A stretch of DNA of 64,000 nt from Octopus sinensis (GCF_006345805.1 NC_043002.1:67022001-67086000); one strand, 5' to 3'. Positions 22,761-35,922 are shown, counted from the first letter of the stretch. Numbers and translations: made by a program. Notes: generated by a model from the letters alone, not told the origin.

Positions 22761-24012
22761 TATTTTTTTGTTGTGAATTTTATGAGGATGTCGAGGAAGG
22801 GAATTTGTTGAGGGCTGTATTCCATTGTGAAAATAATGTTTGTGTTGAGCCCATTTATAAGAGTGTGAAATTCGTTAAGCTTCTCGACGGTTTCGGGCCA
22901 AAGGATGAAGCAGTCATCAAGATATCTCTTCCAGTTCTTCTCTATGTGTGTGTGGAGAGTGGTGCCAAATTGGTTAAGAACGTTATTATAGAGGGTGATT
23001 TCCAGGTATCCCATGACTAAGTTGGCGTAAGTGGGAGCTGTTTTCGTTCCCATTGCCGTCCCTGATTTCTGTCTGTAGAATTTGTTGTTGAAGGTGAAGA
23101 AGAATTATTCTCTAAGATGAATTTGAGTCCTTCTAAAATAAATTCCTTTTTGATGCGGTGTGGGAGTTCGTTGGAGTAATTATCCAGCCAGAATTGGATA
23201 GCTTCTATTCCTAGGTTGTGGGGGATGTTGGAGTAAAGATTGACTACATCGAATGTTACTAGCAGGGTTTGTTCAGCAAGAAGTGTATTGGGGAGGTGGT
23301 TGAGCATATCTAGATCGTCCCTTATGTAGCTTTTAATGTGTTTGAGGAACGGCTTGAGAAGGGTATCAATGAAGTTGCTAAGGCGGTGGGTTTCGCAAGC
23401 GGGACCTGCTATTATAGGTCTCAATTTGAGGTCATTTGGTGAGGGGACATTGATTACAGAGTTTGTGGCTTCCTTGCATGCCTTACTTATCAATTCGCTT
23501 TTATGAATTTTGGGAATACCGTAGCAGAGGCTGGTTTTACTAGTGAAATTTGTGATGAAGTTGAATTCTTTGTTAGTGAGTTCTTCTTTGTGGGGGTTGA
23601 TCAGGGTTTTTAAGTTTCTCATAATTTTCTGTTGATTGTAGTGTTCAGCCTTTTCGTAATATGTTCCATTTTCCAAGGTGGAGAGTGCTAAGTTGATATA
23701 GTATTCTGTCTCCATTAAGACTACTGCACTTCCTTTATCGGCCTCTTTAATGGTGATAGATCTTTCATTTTTTAATTTGTTTAATTCTTCCCACTCTTTC
23801 TTGTTGAGGTTTGGTTTGGGTTTTGGTTTGTGTAAGTGTTGGTAGGGGAAGTTTGTAATGTGCTCACAGAATTCGTCTAGGATTTTATTTATACCTTTTC
23901 GTGGGGTGTAGTTGCTTTTATTTCTAGCTAGTGACTCATCCTCATTGTGCTGGTCGAATAGTTCCTCACTAAGTCGCAATTTTCTACAAAATTCTGTAAT
24001 GTCTTCCTTCAT
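22760..24012 (-). pseudogene. PLE reverse transcriptase (frameshift near 23020-23050)
   Basis: IKEADKGSAVVLM, YGIPKIHK, LRPII, LVTFDVVNLYSNIP, MGTKTAPTYANLVMG, WKRYLDDCFILW, IPFLDILI: diagnostic Penelope RT motifs. Confidence 0.92.
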
Positions 24013-24872
24013 TTCGTAGTAGTTTGGACGTGGGGGGGTTGGTGTGAATTTCAGACCTTTGGAGAGTAAGTTGAGAAGGTTGGGGTTGGGTTCTGTATTG
24101 GTTAAATTGATGACTTTAATTAGTTTATGTTTCTCTTCCCTGTCCTGTGTTATTTTGTTTGCCTGTATCTGTGTGCTGTGTCTAAAAAATGGTTGGGGTA
24201 GAGGGGTTGTCTGTTGGTGTTAGGAGGTCCTGTGTGTTTGTTATATTCCTTGTTGTGAAATATGGTTCGGGTTCGTGGTTGTGGATAGAATGGGGTGTTC
24301 CTGTATTGCGGGTGTTGGTGTGTGTTTCTTTGTGTTGTGATGGATTGTGGTGATATGAGTGGCCTGCGTGGGTGCTTGTATCGAGTGGTATGGGTTTGTT
24401 GTGTATTGTGAGAGTTGAGAAAGTGAAAATTACCTTGTTCTCCCCTCGTGGTGTGGATGTTGTTGTGTCTATCCTGGTAGTGGGATCCTCTTTTATTTGT
24501 TAATAAGGTATTCGAGTAAAATATCCACATGACGTCTACTGACCAGCCTGAACAATAAGAATTTTCAACAACACTATTTTCGAAAATTCTAAACATTCAC
24601 GTGACCTCTTTATTATGGCCAATAAGAAATTTTAGGCGGGACACTAGCCAAATTTTAACTTCTCTGGAGCCTTTTTTCTTACCCCAACACCAACTTCCAT
24701 TCAAACATTCACGTGACCCCTTCATAATGACCAATCAAAATTTTAGGCGCGAAACAAGCAAATCCCAAACAACTCTGGAGCCTCTTTTTTTCACATATAA
24801 GAGACAGCAAACCCAACATAAAGTCAGATAAGAGGAAAAATTCTATAAGAAAGGAACTCTAATCTCTCTTTT

Positions 24873-24912
24873 ATATTTTGATAAGCATAACAAATGCGCA
24901 ACCGGTAAAAAG
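24873..24912 (+). ncRNA. Degenerate hammerhead motif in PLE terminal repeat (mirror at 21081-21120, minus strand)
   Basis: TTGATAA-GCAT(aacaa)ATGC-GCAAC-CG-GTA. U3-A8 core, but GCAA replaces GAAA and stem I is weak. Confidence 0.5.
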
Positions 24913-26596
24913 AACTTTCACCTAATTAAATTACTTAAATTACTTCAATTATTTGTCAGCATTTTCTTCATTTCCTTTTTTATATATCACCACTCGTGTT
25001 CGACATCTCCTTTTTTAAATATATATATATATATATATATATCCGTTAAGTTCTATATACTATATATATAGTATATAGTGGTAGCCTTAAATTAAGTTAT
25101 CTCGTGGGTTTCGTGGCCAGGCCATGATTGCCTTTGTGGTTTAGCTTTCCATAGAGTCAGTAGTATGGTACCGCTGCAGCTTGATTCAACCATCTGCCAT
25201 AGCTACCAAACAACTATTGCCACTCTATACACACATTATACACACACTACACACGCATCGATATATATATATATACAATACATTGTTCAGTGTTTTGGGG
25301 TAACTTATAATGTAATGCAAGTTATACCAGTCTTTAATCATTTACTTCTTTCAGTCATTAAACTGCAACTATGCTGGAGTACAACCTCGAAGAATGTTTA
25401 GTCCAACGAATCGACCCCCAGTACTTTTTAAAGCCTGGTACTTATTTTATTGGTCTATTTTGCCGAACCACTAACTTACGGAAACGTAAGCAAACAAACA
25501 CCGGTGGTCAAGCAGAGAAAGGGACAGACACATGCACACACAAACACAATATGTTATAATGAAAACTTCAAGTCTTAAGTAATACAAGTACCCAGGGTTT
25601 CCTGACCGAAACATGAGAGTATTTCTTGGCGGAATTAAAAAATAGTCCACCGAACACACCATAACCATTAATATCTTGTTTAAGTTTTAGGACTTTTATT
25701 TATTGTAACATTGGTTATCTCCCTTGCATTTTCTTCTTTTCTGGTTTTTGCCCTGCCGTCTTATAAAGGTTCCTTGTCCAAATGCCATCTGCTTTAAAAG
25801 CAACTGAGAAATGGTTTCGTTCTCAGCTTCAAAAAAAGACGAAATGAATTAATGTTTCGGCCAGGAGACCCTGGGTAGCTGTATTTAACAAGTCTAGTGA
25901 GTTTCATTATAACATTCTTGGCTAATAGAGTGCTATTATCACATGCTATATAGACATATATATATATATATATATATACGACGGGTTTCTTCCAGTTTCT
26001 ATCTATCAAATCCATTTACAAGCCCGAAGCTATTGTAGAAGACACCCAAGATTCCACGTAGTGGGAGTGAACCTGAAACCATGTGGTTGGGTATTTGATA
26101 AATATGAAGTTTGAATCTCACTGAAGAAAATAAATGGAGGCTTTAGCTCTTTGGGGACAAACAGTTCTGCTAGGGGCTATCTGACTAGTTTCTAGTCCTC
26201 TTAGACTCCTACGAAAGAAATAATTCACATCTTCACTCCCCGACAAGATTTGTAGCTTATATTTACTTATATACGAACCGAATCACAGCGAAATCAGTCC
26301 TATTAATTCGCACGCATTGAGTCGAAACGGGCAGCTGATGAAGGGGAATTTTCTTTCTATTGTTTGTCCTGTACTCTGTTTTTTCGTTGTTAAAAAAAGT
26401 CCGTTTCTTTGTTTGATTTTATGTTTTCGTTTCTCGTTGTGTCCTACGTTTATTTGTGGTGTCCTGTACTCATATATGCATGTATATATACATATAGATG
26501 TAGGTATGTACATATATGTATGTATATATGCATATGTTTTATTTACTAAATTATTATATGACTGAACGCCACGCGTTGTTTTCTCTTCTCCAAGTA

Positions 26597-26637
<41 letters not shown>

Positions 26638-26948
26638 TAACAACGTGAATAATTGATTAATTAATTGATAATATACCAATCAGCGCTTATAATTTGAAAT
26701 GTAATGGCTGATAGAAAATCTCTAATGCAATGCAACAGAAAATTAATTGATATAAATTTTGATTACAGGAAAGGCTTTGAAGAATATCAATGTTGAAATA
26801 TCTATTTCAATGATTAAAGTTACTTTATTAATTTTTGATAGATTTTACTATTTATGTGAGATGGGAAGAATTGATTTAAAATTTGTTATTCAATACATTC
26901 TTGCTTATGTTGTTGATGTGTGTACATGTGAACATGTATATGCGTATA

Positions 26949-27505
26949 CTGGGTGGGGCCGAGAGGATGGACATTTTTGAAATGGCTATTATACAGCCCC
27001 AAGGGGAGGGACATATGTCCGGCAGGTACTATTCGGTCCGTGGTGTCTTAGCATTTTCTTCTCTTTTCAGATGAAGGCATGGCGCTGTGGACGATAGAGC
27101 ATCGCGTATTTACCTACGGCAGTAACGCGTCAAACAAGCTTTGATACGGAGTTCAATCGCTTAGCTCGGAGGCATTCCGCTGAATTTGGCATCGGTAATC
27201 GATCAGTAAGGCGTATTTTGCACGTAGACCTGTATTACCACCTGTACAGATTGGTCACTGGGCAACAGTTGAAACCATGGGACTTTGCACCCAGCAATGC
27301 TGGGGAGAGTGAAGGCTGAATTTCAAGAACGCCTTCAGAAATGCATCAATGAAAACGGACACCATGATGGATGTTATTTTTCACACTTGGTTTTGACAAA
27401 TGCTAATTCAATACGAGCACATTGACGTCAATAAAATTTGTTTGCAGCTAAAATTAATGATTTTGTGAATGTTTCAAAAACGTCCGTCCTCTCTGTCTCA
27501 TCTTG
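26949..27505 (+). mobile_element. Internally deleted Tc1/mariner-superfamily DNA transposon
   Basis: Imperfect ~35-bp TIRs (..GAGAGGA(T/C)GGAC(A/G)TTTTTGAAA), flanking TA. Transposase remnants MALWTIEHRVFTY, RSVRRILHVDL..LKPWDF, EFQERLQKCINENGHH. Confidence 0.75.
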
Positions 27506-27511
27506 TACACA

Positions 27512-27545
<34 letters not shown>

Positions 27546-27754
27546 AATGTGTGTGTGTGAGCGCTCGCGTACGAACCACTGTACATATGTATGCGTATCT
27601 CATTTTCTGTATTACTACCGGATATTTATTTATGCTTCTATATACATACTTGGCTTTATACAATTAAATATATCTCAAATAACTATACATTTAAGCATAA
27701 ATACACACACGCACATGTATAATATCTACAGCTACATATGTATATCTATCTCTC

Positions 27755-27790
<36 letters not shown>

Positions 27791-28012
27791 CAGTAATCCC
27801 ATAACTATCGCGGGTGTTACATTCCAAAACACCCCTCGATAGGCGAAAACCCGCGAGTTAGAAACAGTACTGTATTGTATATTTTAAAAATTATTTTTAT
27901 AATTTGTATATATTCATTTTATTATAAATGCAAAACAACGCCACGTAGGAATCGACGTAAGCTTAATTAATAAACCGCGATAGGTGAACTGCGATAAGGC
28001 GAAGGATTAATG
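27791..28012. mobile_element. Tigger/pogo-like MITE (opposite orientation to 13648 and 61198 copies)
   Basis: CAGTAATCCC...GGATTAATG ends, TA flanks. Confidence 0.75.
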
Positions 28013-29657
28013 TATATATAAATTAATAGTCTAATGCTGGTCTGCTCTTGTGCAGGTCCTATGCATGTGAACCGCCTCTAGCACCTGGGAGGGTCTGTAC
28101 CTTCTCCCGTAGCCGTTAAGTAGATTACTGGAACTTTGGCAACTATGACTAGACTTGGAAAGAATACTGAAGTGGATTCTCGTTGTCTTCTCCAGGCAAG
28201 TGGGATTTGAACTCAGAACGTAGAGAACCGGAAGAAATACCTTAATACATCTCTGTCGACGCGCCAACGATTCTGACACCTTCCCACCTGCAGAGCAATG
28301 TGAAATGAAGTGTTTTGCTCAAGAAGACAACGCCCCATCCGGTCTGGAAACTGAACCTACGATCTAGCGATCGTGAGGGTAACACCTTAACCACTAAGCC
28401 ATGAGTCTTCACACACACACACACAAATGAATATCTATGTATATATACATTTATACGTACATACATGAATATATATGTATATATGTATGTGTGTGTGCAC
28501 GCGTGTCTATACACACATACATATACATGGAAAGAAAATACACATACATTAAAAATATACATGTATCTACATGTATAGTCGGTAGTTATATATACATGCT
28601 TAAACTTGTGTAACCCGTTCTGATGTGTTTGACATGAAGAATCTATCTGAGATGCGTTTATTTAAAGCATAACAAAAGATTCTGTAAATATATTGATAGC
28701 TCAGCATTCATTAATAGTCAAATATAGCTACATTTACTGACTCACATTCAATTGACCAATGAATGGCCACCAGCCGCATCTAGTCTTGAAAATATTTTAA
28801 AGAATAAACTTTGAACCGTAAAAGAATGCCGATTCTGACATGTGATGTTCATCTTTTGTCATCATTCAACATTTCGATGTTTTTATTTTGTTAATTGCAT
28901 TCATCGTAAGCCACCTCAATGTAGCATATGAGTACCACAGAAAGCGAGTCCATCGTAAACTAAAAGGAAACCCCATTTCATTTCAGAAAAACAGCGGGGA
29001 CTTTTATGCGTATCATGACCTGATCGAAGGCGAAATCCACCTCCAATCATATCACAACTTTCAAAAGGGAGATATACACTAGATAATGACGTACTATATT
29101 CTTATATATAAAAAAAAAAAGTGGAATGGTTACAGCTAGAATATCTCTGATATTGGTTTGTTCGCTCAGAGTTTATCGGAAACTATAAAAAGCAACAGTA
29201 ATATTGATAAAGACTATGATCGTTTCCAATATTCTATTACTCTTTGCCAAAGTTTTCCTTACTCGTAATTGATTCGGAGAAAAGACTGAGAAATATTATA
29301 ATTAAGCTAAGAGGTAGCATATTAAAAAGCATGCGCAAGAAATTTTACATTAAGCTAAATCTCCACCTTTTTGTTGTGTCAAAGCAAACAGAACCAACTG
29401 GATGTAATTGTTAGCCGAACTCAAAAGAAAGGGGAGATAATTTCAAAGAATTGTGGAATAGTCACAGACACGATTATATAGTGAAGAAGATCTTTTGTAA
29501 CGATGTGGTTTCAGATTTTGTCCCATTACACGGCATCTTGGGCAAGTGTTTTCTACCATATACCAACGCCTTTTGAGTGTAAAATGACATTTAGGAGGGG
29601 TAAAATACAAAGCGAAACAATCAGCGTGATAATAATAGGTTGTCTTACTATATATAT

Positions 29658-29696
<39 letters not shown>

Positions 29697-29701
<5 letters not shown>

Positions 29702-29900
29702 ATCCAAACAAGAAAGCACAAAAAAACACAACAACGCGAGGACGTGGAACAAATATAGTATTATTGGACGCTAAGGAAAGAAGGAGGGTTTAACGTTTCG
29801 AGCGGAGCTCTTCGTCGGAAACATAGGAGAAGGAAAGATCCAGAGAAGGGAAGACAGAGGGAAAAAAATCGCCAACGGTACACACGAGGTCACATTTTGG
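29697..29900 (-). mobile_element. Short PLE-type terminal-repeat fragment with hammerhead motif
   Basis: Abuts (TA)n. 29788-29822 minus reads GTTT-CCGACGA-A-GAGC(tcc)GCTC-GAAAC-GTT-AAAC. Confidence 0.6.
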
Positions 29901-30290
29901 ATGGTAGATTTAATCCGTTCCCTTTTAACACAACATGGCTCTTGTTGACTTCAGCGGGATTCAGTCTGTTGCGGGCATTCGGAACAAGTGTCCAGTTTGA
30001 AAATATTTTTCTCTCGCCTCTTACTAGCTCGCTTTAACATTATGCTTACATATATACGCCGACACAACACAAACACATGCTATCACACACACACACACAC
30101 ACATATATTTGAAACTACTCAATAACACACACATACACACGGGAAAACTCTTAACTATTCTCATTGATACAAATCTTTAGAACTTAACTCGGGATCAAAG
30201 AGACTTACTCTTTGATAGAATGGCTGAAATTGTTGTTGTAATTGGAAAATTCCAGAAATTTGATAGTCAGTGGAATATCTTCTTGTTTAG

Positions 30291-30438
30291 ATGGCCAATA
30301 TATTAACCTCTCGTTCCGTATCAACTTTTCCATTTGTTACCACATATTATCAGCTGAAGTTGAACATGTAGTTTGTAAAATCCAGCATTTTTACACTGTT
30401 TTTGCTTTGGAACATACAGAAAAAAAATTAATTCTTCT
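30291..30438 (+). CDS. Candidate internal exon of an unidentified host gene
   Basis: Acceptor TCTTCTTGTTTAG, open frame (D)GQYINLSFRINF...TEKKLILL, donor GTAAGT. Frame-compatible with 30570-30721. Confidence 0.4.
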
Positions 30439-30569
30439 GTAAGTTGTGCAAAGTTCAATGCAAATGGCATATTAAACGCATTTTACGTAGTTTTCACTGA
30501 GAGATACTGCTGCCTGGAGAATAAACATGGCTTCGAAAGAACAATAAAGCTACATTAATAATTCCACAG

Positions 30570-30721
30570 ACTGCAATTTATTGCCAAACATCTCTTCTAT
30601 AATCCTGTTAATATCTCTCCAACTGGACTTTGGAAGAATATCGCTGGAATATTCTGTTGGAGGAAGTCCAATGCAATAAGGGATAGTGAACAAGGCAATG
30701 ATTTTGCATCGACAAAAGAGC
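30570..30721 (+). CDS. Candidate internal exon of an unidentified host gene
   Basis: Acceptor ATTCCACAG, open frame LQFIAKHLFYNPVNISPTGLWKNIAGIFCWRKS...STKE, donor GTAAAC. 131-nt intron upstream. Confidence 0.4.
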
Positions 30722-32455
30722 GTAAACTGCTCTACTCCGACCTCACATATAGAATAAAATAATCTGATTAATGGTTTCTCGTAAAGAATTTAGCATGATC
30801 GGTCGCAAATATTAGTTAGTGTAATACACAGATTTAATGAAGATGGTGAAAGCTTCCATGACGAGATTTTACTGTAAACATGCATGATATATATCAATAA
30901 TAATGGCCTTTAATACATGTACAGACATATCAATATATATACGAACACAATGCGCGAACTCACAAGGCAGGAAGATACTCATAAATCATAAATGCACATA
31001 TCTGCATGTCACGTGGTCATTTCTAGTGTTCAACTTAAGAATCGATAGACATGTCTGTGATATTACGTTCGTTTCGCTCGCACGCACACACGCACACACA
31101 CGCGTGTATGCGCGCGCGCGCATATATATATATATATATATATAAAATGCACTATATGTATACGTATGTATGTATATAATCTATCTATCTAGCTAGCTAC
31201 CTTTTAATAGAATCGTGTTATTTTTTTCCAGTACCATAGGTTTCCTACAGAAATATACGCATTCATTTAACCGGAGTTTAATGTACGAATGACAAACTAC
31301 GCCATTTATTATAATAACGTGAGTGTAACATGACTTAGGTGACAACCCCTCAGTAAAATTCAGCTTCCAAAACAGTTTGGTATACAAATAATCCGTTTCT
31401 ATACTTAAACATTCGGATATGGAAGAACTGATAAATCTCGTCTGCTTACATAAAATGTAAATACTTAGATGGAGATAACGTGTGTCTACACAGGCACAAC
31501 ATTTCAGTAGTCCTTACTTAGAATAGCATTTATATTCCTCTCTACAAACGAAATAGAATCAGTAGTTTAAGAAATTCACAGAAGTAAACACAATCGAGAC
31601 AACAAGGGGTATTTTAAGAAACTAAAACTTCTAGACCAAGCAAAGAAGAAATACTCCGTAACAAATTCGTTTGATGCCACAACTACATATAAAAATGGTT
31701 TACGTTGAATCAAATGCATACTAACTATAGAATAAGATGTATAGGAATCCTTTTAAAACAGAACACAAATGCATTAGACCAAGCGATGAATTAATATTGA
31801 TAATATTATTCTTTTTTATTGGTAGAACTCTAAGTAGATAAAACTATAAAGAATAGCGTGCAATAATTTGGGTTAAAAAACCCTTTGGATGGAAAAGGTC
31901 GAAGTCTGCCCGTGGGACACGAGCCCACATTTTCTAAAAAAGCATTTCAGACGTTCTAACATTAAACGAAGGCAACCCCTCGAATTATTTCACATTCTCT
32001 CGAAGCTTTTAAATTGTTATGACGCAAACAACTAATAATATATTACAAAACATCAAAATAAAAGCAAAATCTTATGTTATGAATGGGACACTGGCGTCTA
32101 AACCTACGAACGAACGACTAATGGCGAAAGTGATTTATAAATTTGACCAGTGATGTAACATACACAATGAAAAGTAATACCTCTCAATGTGTCTTCTCAA
32201 CTTTTTTAATTCTCTATTTGTGTCAAGGACAGAGATTGGAGAGACTTTATAAAATTAAAACCAAAGTCAAGTGGTGATCTTCGTAGGACAGTAGAAGATA
32301 CGGAATAGAGTCATGTTGTTTTAACTTTAAAATTGTACGACATTTTGTGGGAAAATATTTCCCAGAAAAATATGAATTCAATAACATTCAAAGAAAATTA
32401 TGAAAATTACTATTTTTGAATCTCACAACGAGAGATATTCAGCAACAGTACTTCC

Positions 32456-32659
32456 GAGTAAAGATTGTTTGCCAATATAACATGGCAGTCCTGGTTTAGT
32501 CCTGCTGTAATTTAGCCCCAAGATTCCCTTGTTCGAAAATATAAGGACACAGATCGTGTTGTATAAGCCAGCTGGTGATGATGTCTCCAGGGGCTAAATT
32601 ACAGCAACGTTCGTCCTAAATCAGGACTGCCATGTTATGTTGGCAAACAATCTTTACTC
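32456..32659. mobile_element. MITE-like element with ~65-bp TIRs
   Basis: GAGTAAAGATTGTTTGCCAA(T/C)ATAACATGGCAGTCCTG...GCTGTAATTTAGCCCC at both ends in inverted orientation. Confidence 0.8.
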
Positions 32660-32677
32660 CAAAATTATGTAAGCTGC

Positions 32678-32723
<46 letters not shown>

Positions 32724-32725
<2 letters not shown>

Positions 32726-32819
32726 GCGCAGGAGTGGCTGTGTGGTAAGTGGTTGTGTCTTCTACTCTAGCCTCAGGCCGACCAAAGCCTTGTGAGTGGA
32801 TTTGGTAGGCGGAAACTGT

Positions 32820-32892
<73 letters not shown>

Positions 32893-33170
32893 GTGTGTGT
32901 GTGTGTGTATGTGTGTGTGTGTATGTGTGTGTGTGTGGTGTGTGTGTATGTGTGTGTGTGTGTGCGTGTATGTGTGTATGTGTGTGTGTGTATGTGTGTT
33001 TGTCCCCCAACATCGCTTGACAACCGATGCTGGTGTGTTTACGTCCCCGTAACTTAGTGATTCAGCAAAAGAGACCGATAGCACAAAGAATAAGCTCTGG
33101 GGTCGATTTGCTCGACTAAAGGCGGTGTTCCAGCATGGCCGCAGTCAAATGACTGAAACAAGTAAAAGAA
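32724..33170 (+). mobile_element. Family B+C composite SINE, B part internally deleted, expanded internal (TA)/(TG) tract
   Basis: Head joins directly to GTGTCTTCTACT. About 180 bp of microsatellite between the modules. Confidence 0.85.
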
Positions 33171-34875
33171 TCAAAGAATATATTCAGCATTGATTACGGT
33201 ACTGTAATGTGTCACTTTGACGAAGTTAGTTGAAGAAGTGTGGTGAATGAAAGGGGTAGCGTACCAAAGGTTTTGGTGCTCCGAGGATGAGGACACTTTT
33301 AGCACCGCCATCTTAGTTAAGAGATACAATAAGTCAGACGATAGTTTTGCGCCTTTTTACACATACGTCCGGGAGTTACCGAACACAATCGCTTGTCTCT
33401 TGTAACGGTTCTGTATACGAGTATAATAGCAAATGTAAATATTCATTAGCGCTATTCTGAAGCTTATGAATATTCATAAATAGATATTCATAAGCGGAGC
33501 CATATTGACTGAGCCGGACATGCACTTTGAAACGTATTCTGAATAATTATTGCTGTTATTACTGCAATCCAATGATTTTTTACTTTCATTTATTTTTTTA
33601 TGAGACCATTTAGTGCACGGTTACTATATGAGACGTTTGATTGTACCTTGGATTTTAACCATCCATAAATAATGCACGAGTCATAGATGTCTTCATTTGC
33701 TGAAAATAAACCCAGTATGATTTAACTGATTCGAAATTTTATGCGCTTATATACGAGTGCAAAGCATTTACTGACAGACCGACTGACAGACAAATATACT
33801 GGACAGCGTTTCGTACAACGTAAAGCAATTATTAAAGATCATCAGTGAATAAAAAGAATGCCAGATAAGTCTGTGTTTGGGTAAAAGCCGACGCAATTTC
33901 AAAAAGTGTTAGGGGCGTCATCAGAAAAAGATTGAAATAATTACCCTTTGTTTAATGCGATCGATTAACCGCTTAAAATGAATACTTCAGTATGGTCGTA
34001 GTACAAATATCAAGGAAACCAGCAGTAAATGAATAAAAGAACACGTATATGTCTTTATATGTGTGTGTGTGCGAGTGAGTGTGTATATATGTACGTATAT
34101 ATATATATTTATATATCAAAATACATACGTTCACGTGTGTATGTATGTGCGTGTGTTCGTTTGTGTATTCTTATATATATATGTGTGTGTGTGTTTGCGT
34201 GTGTGTGTATGTGCGTGTGTGTATGTGTGTATGTGTGTATGTGTATGCGTGCGTGTGTGTTTGTGTGGTGTCTCTGTGTGTGTGTGTATGTGTGTGCGTA
34301 TAGAAATACACAGGCACATGCATGTAAGCACACAAATACAGACCCACACGCATATGGATATAGTCTACAATGTATAATGAAGCAAAAATTCGTACAGCTG
34401 CCGATTGTTTTGTATATTTTACATATTTTTCAATTACAATATGTACACCATGCAGTGGATAAACGTACATTAGATATCTTTGGTTTAAGGGTGGCCTGAC
34501 TGAAGAGTCTCCAAAGGGAGAATACTGTTACGCTCCAGAAGTTATATGAAGTAGAAATAGAATTATTCAAGAAAATTTTGATAGCGAGATGTGTAGCGAG
34601 AATACAACGAGACTCTTAATATGTGTACGGAACCACAAGGGAATCATATGAAATGATTTAATGAAGCCGCTGATGGTGGTCTTTATCCAGCAGTCTCAGA
34701 AGTGTATTTGATATGGCTCGTAGAGAGTTTCTCGTTCATAGTATGATTTAGATTATTATTATTTCAACGGTTTAATTCCTGAACAGAAAATGAATAAATC
34801 AATAAAAGGAATAAGTATACGCGCACGCACGCACACACACAAAATTTACAAATACCTATTTACACCCGTCCCCTC

Positions 34876-34931
<56 letters not shown>

Positions 34932-34959
34932 ATACATACATACATACATACACACGAAT

Positions 34960-35114
34960 GTCGGTGGCTTTGTAGTAAGAAGGTTGCCTCCCAACCACAT
35001 GGTCCCGGGTTCAGTCTCACTGCATGGCACCTTGGGCAAGTGTCTTCTACTATAGCCTCTGGCCGACCAAAACCTTGTGAGTGGATTTGCAGACGGAAAC
35101 TGAAAGAAGCCCGT

Positions 35115-35159
<45 letters not shown>

Positions 35160-35363
35160 ATGTTTGTGTTTGTTACCGCCCCCCTCCGCTATCGCTTGAC
35201 AACCGATGCTAGTGTGTTTACGTCCCCGAAACCTAACGGTTCGACAAAAGAGACGATAGAATAAGTACTAGGCTTACAAAGAGTAAGTCATGGGGTCGAT
35301 ATGCTCGACTAAAGGCGGTGCTCCACCATGGCCGCAGTCAAATGACTAAAAGAAGTAAAAGAA
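34960..35363 (+). mobile_element. Family B+C composite SINE
   Basis: All modules in order. Confidence 0.85.
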
Positions 35364-35494
35364 TATATATTTATATCTGCAAATATTATTTATACATACA
35401 TATTTATATACGCATACATATGTATACACATGTGTATGTATATGCGTTTTTTTTTATTCTCTTCGTTTTTGTTTATGAAAATGCTAAATATTAA

Positions 35495-35922
35495 TTTCAA
35501 ATTTTGGTTCAACGCCAGCAATTTTGGGGGAGGGATTTAGTCGAATACCTCGATCCCCAGTACTCAATTATTGACCTCAAAAGGATGAAAGGCAAGGTCG
35601 AATTTGAACTTGGAACGTGGAGACGGACGAAATGTCGCCCTGGGTGCTAACGATTCTGCCAGCCTGCAACCCTCTTTACTCTTTACTTGTGTGTGTGTGG
35701 GTGGGTGTATATTTTTGTGTGTCTGTGTTTGTTCCCCCCAACATCGCTTGACAACCGATGCTGGTGTGTTTACGTCTCCGTAACTTAGCGGTTCGACAAA
35801 AGAGACAGATAGAATAAATACAAGGCTTCGAAGTATAAGTCCTGGGGTCGATTTGCTCAACTAAAGGCAGTGCTCCAGCATGGCCACAGTCAAATGACTG
35901 AAACAAGTAAAAGAGTAAAAGA
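35495..35922. mobile_element. Family A SINE (minus, to about 35668) adjacent to a solo C module (plus, 35690-35922)
   Basis: Recognisable consensus blocks of both families. Confidence 0.75.

Larger units (their letters stand above)
21014..24981 (-). mobile_element. Penelope-like element with inverted ~450-bp terminal repeats (21014-21464 and 24518-24981)
   Basis: N-terminal KVINLTNT..NLLSKGLKFTPTP, RT motifs, C-terminal GIY-YIG. The terminal repeats are reverse complements and nearly identical apart from an ~11-nt indel. Confidence 0.93.

Noticed and set aside
28030-28180. Possible LINE C-terminal fragment (GRRYRPS)
   Set aside because: Too short and degenerate to assign.
30290-30780. Alternative minus-strand exon model
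   Set aside because: The open frames cannot be joined in phase with canonical GT-AG sites, unlike the plus-strand model.
33880-33930. Minus-strand CTGATGA...GAAA...GTC
   Set aside because: No stem II or stem I pairing.
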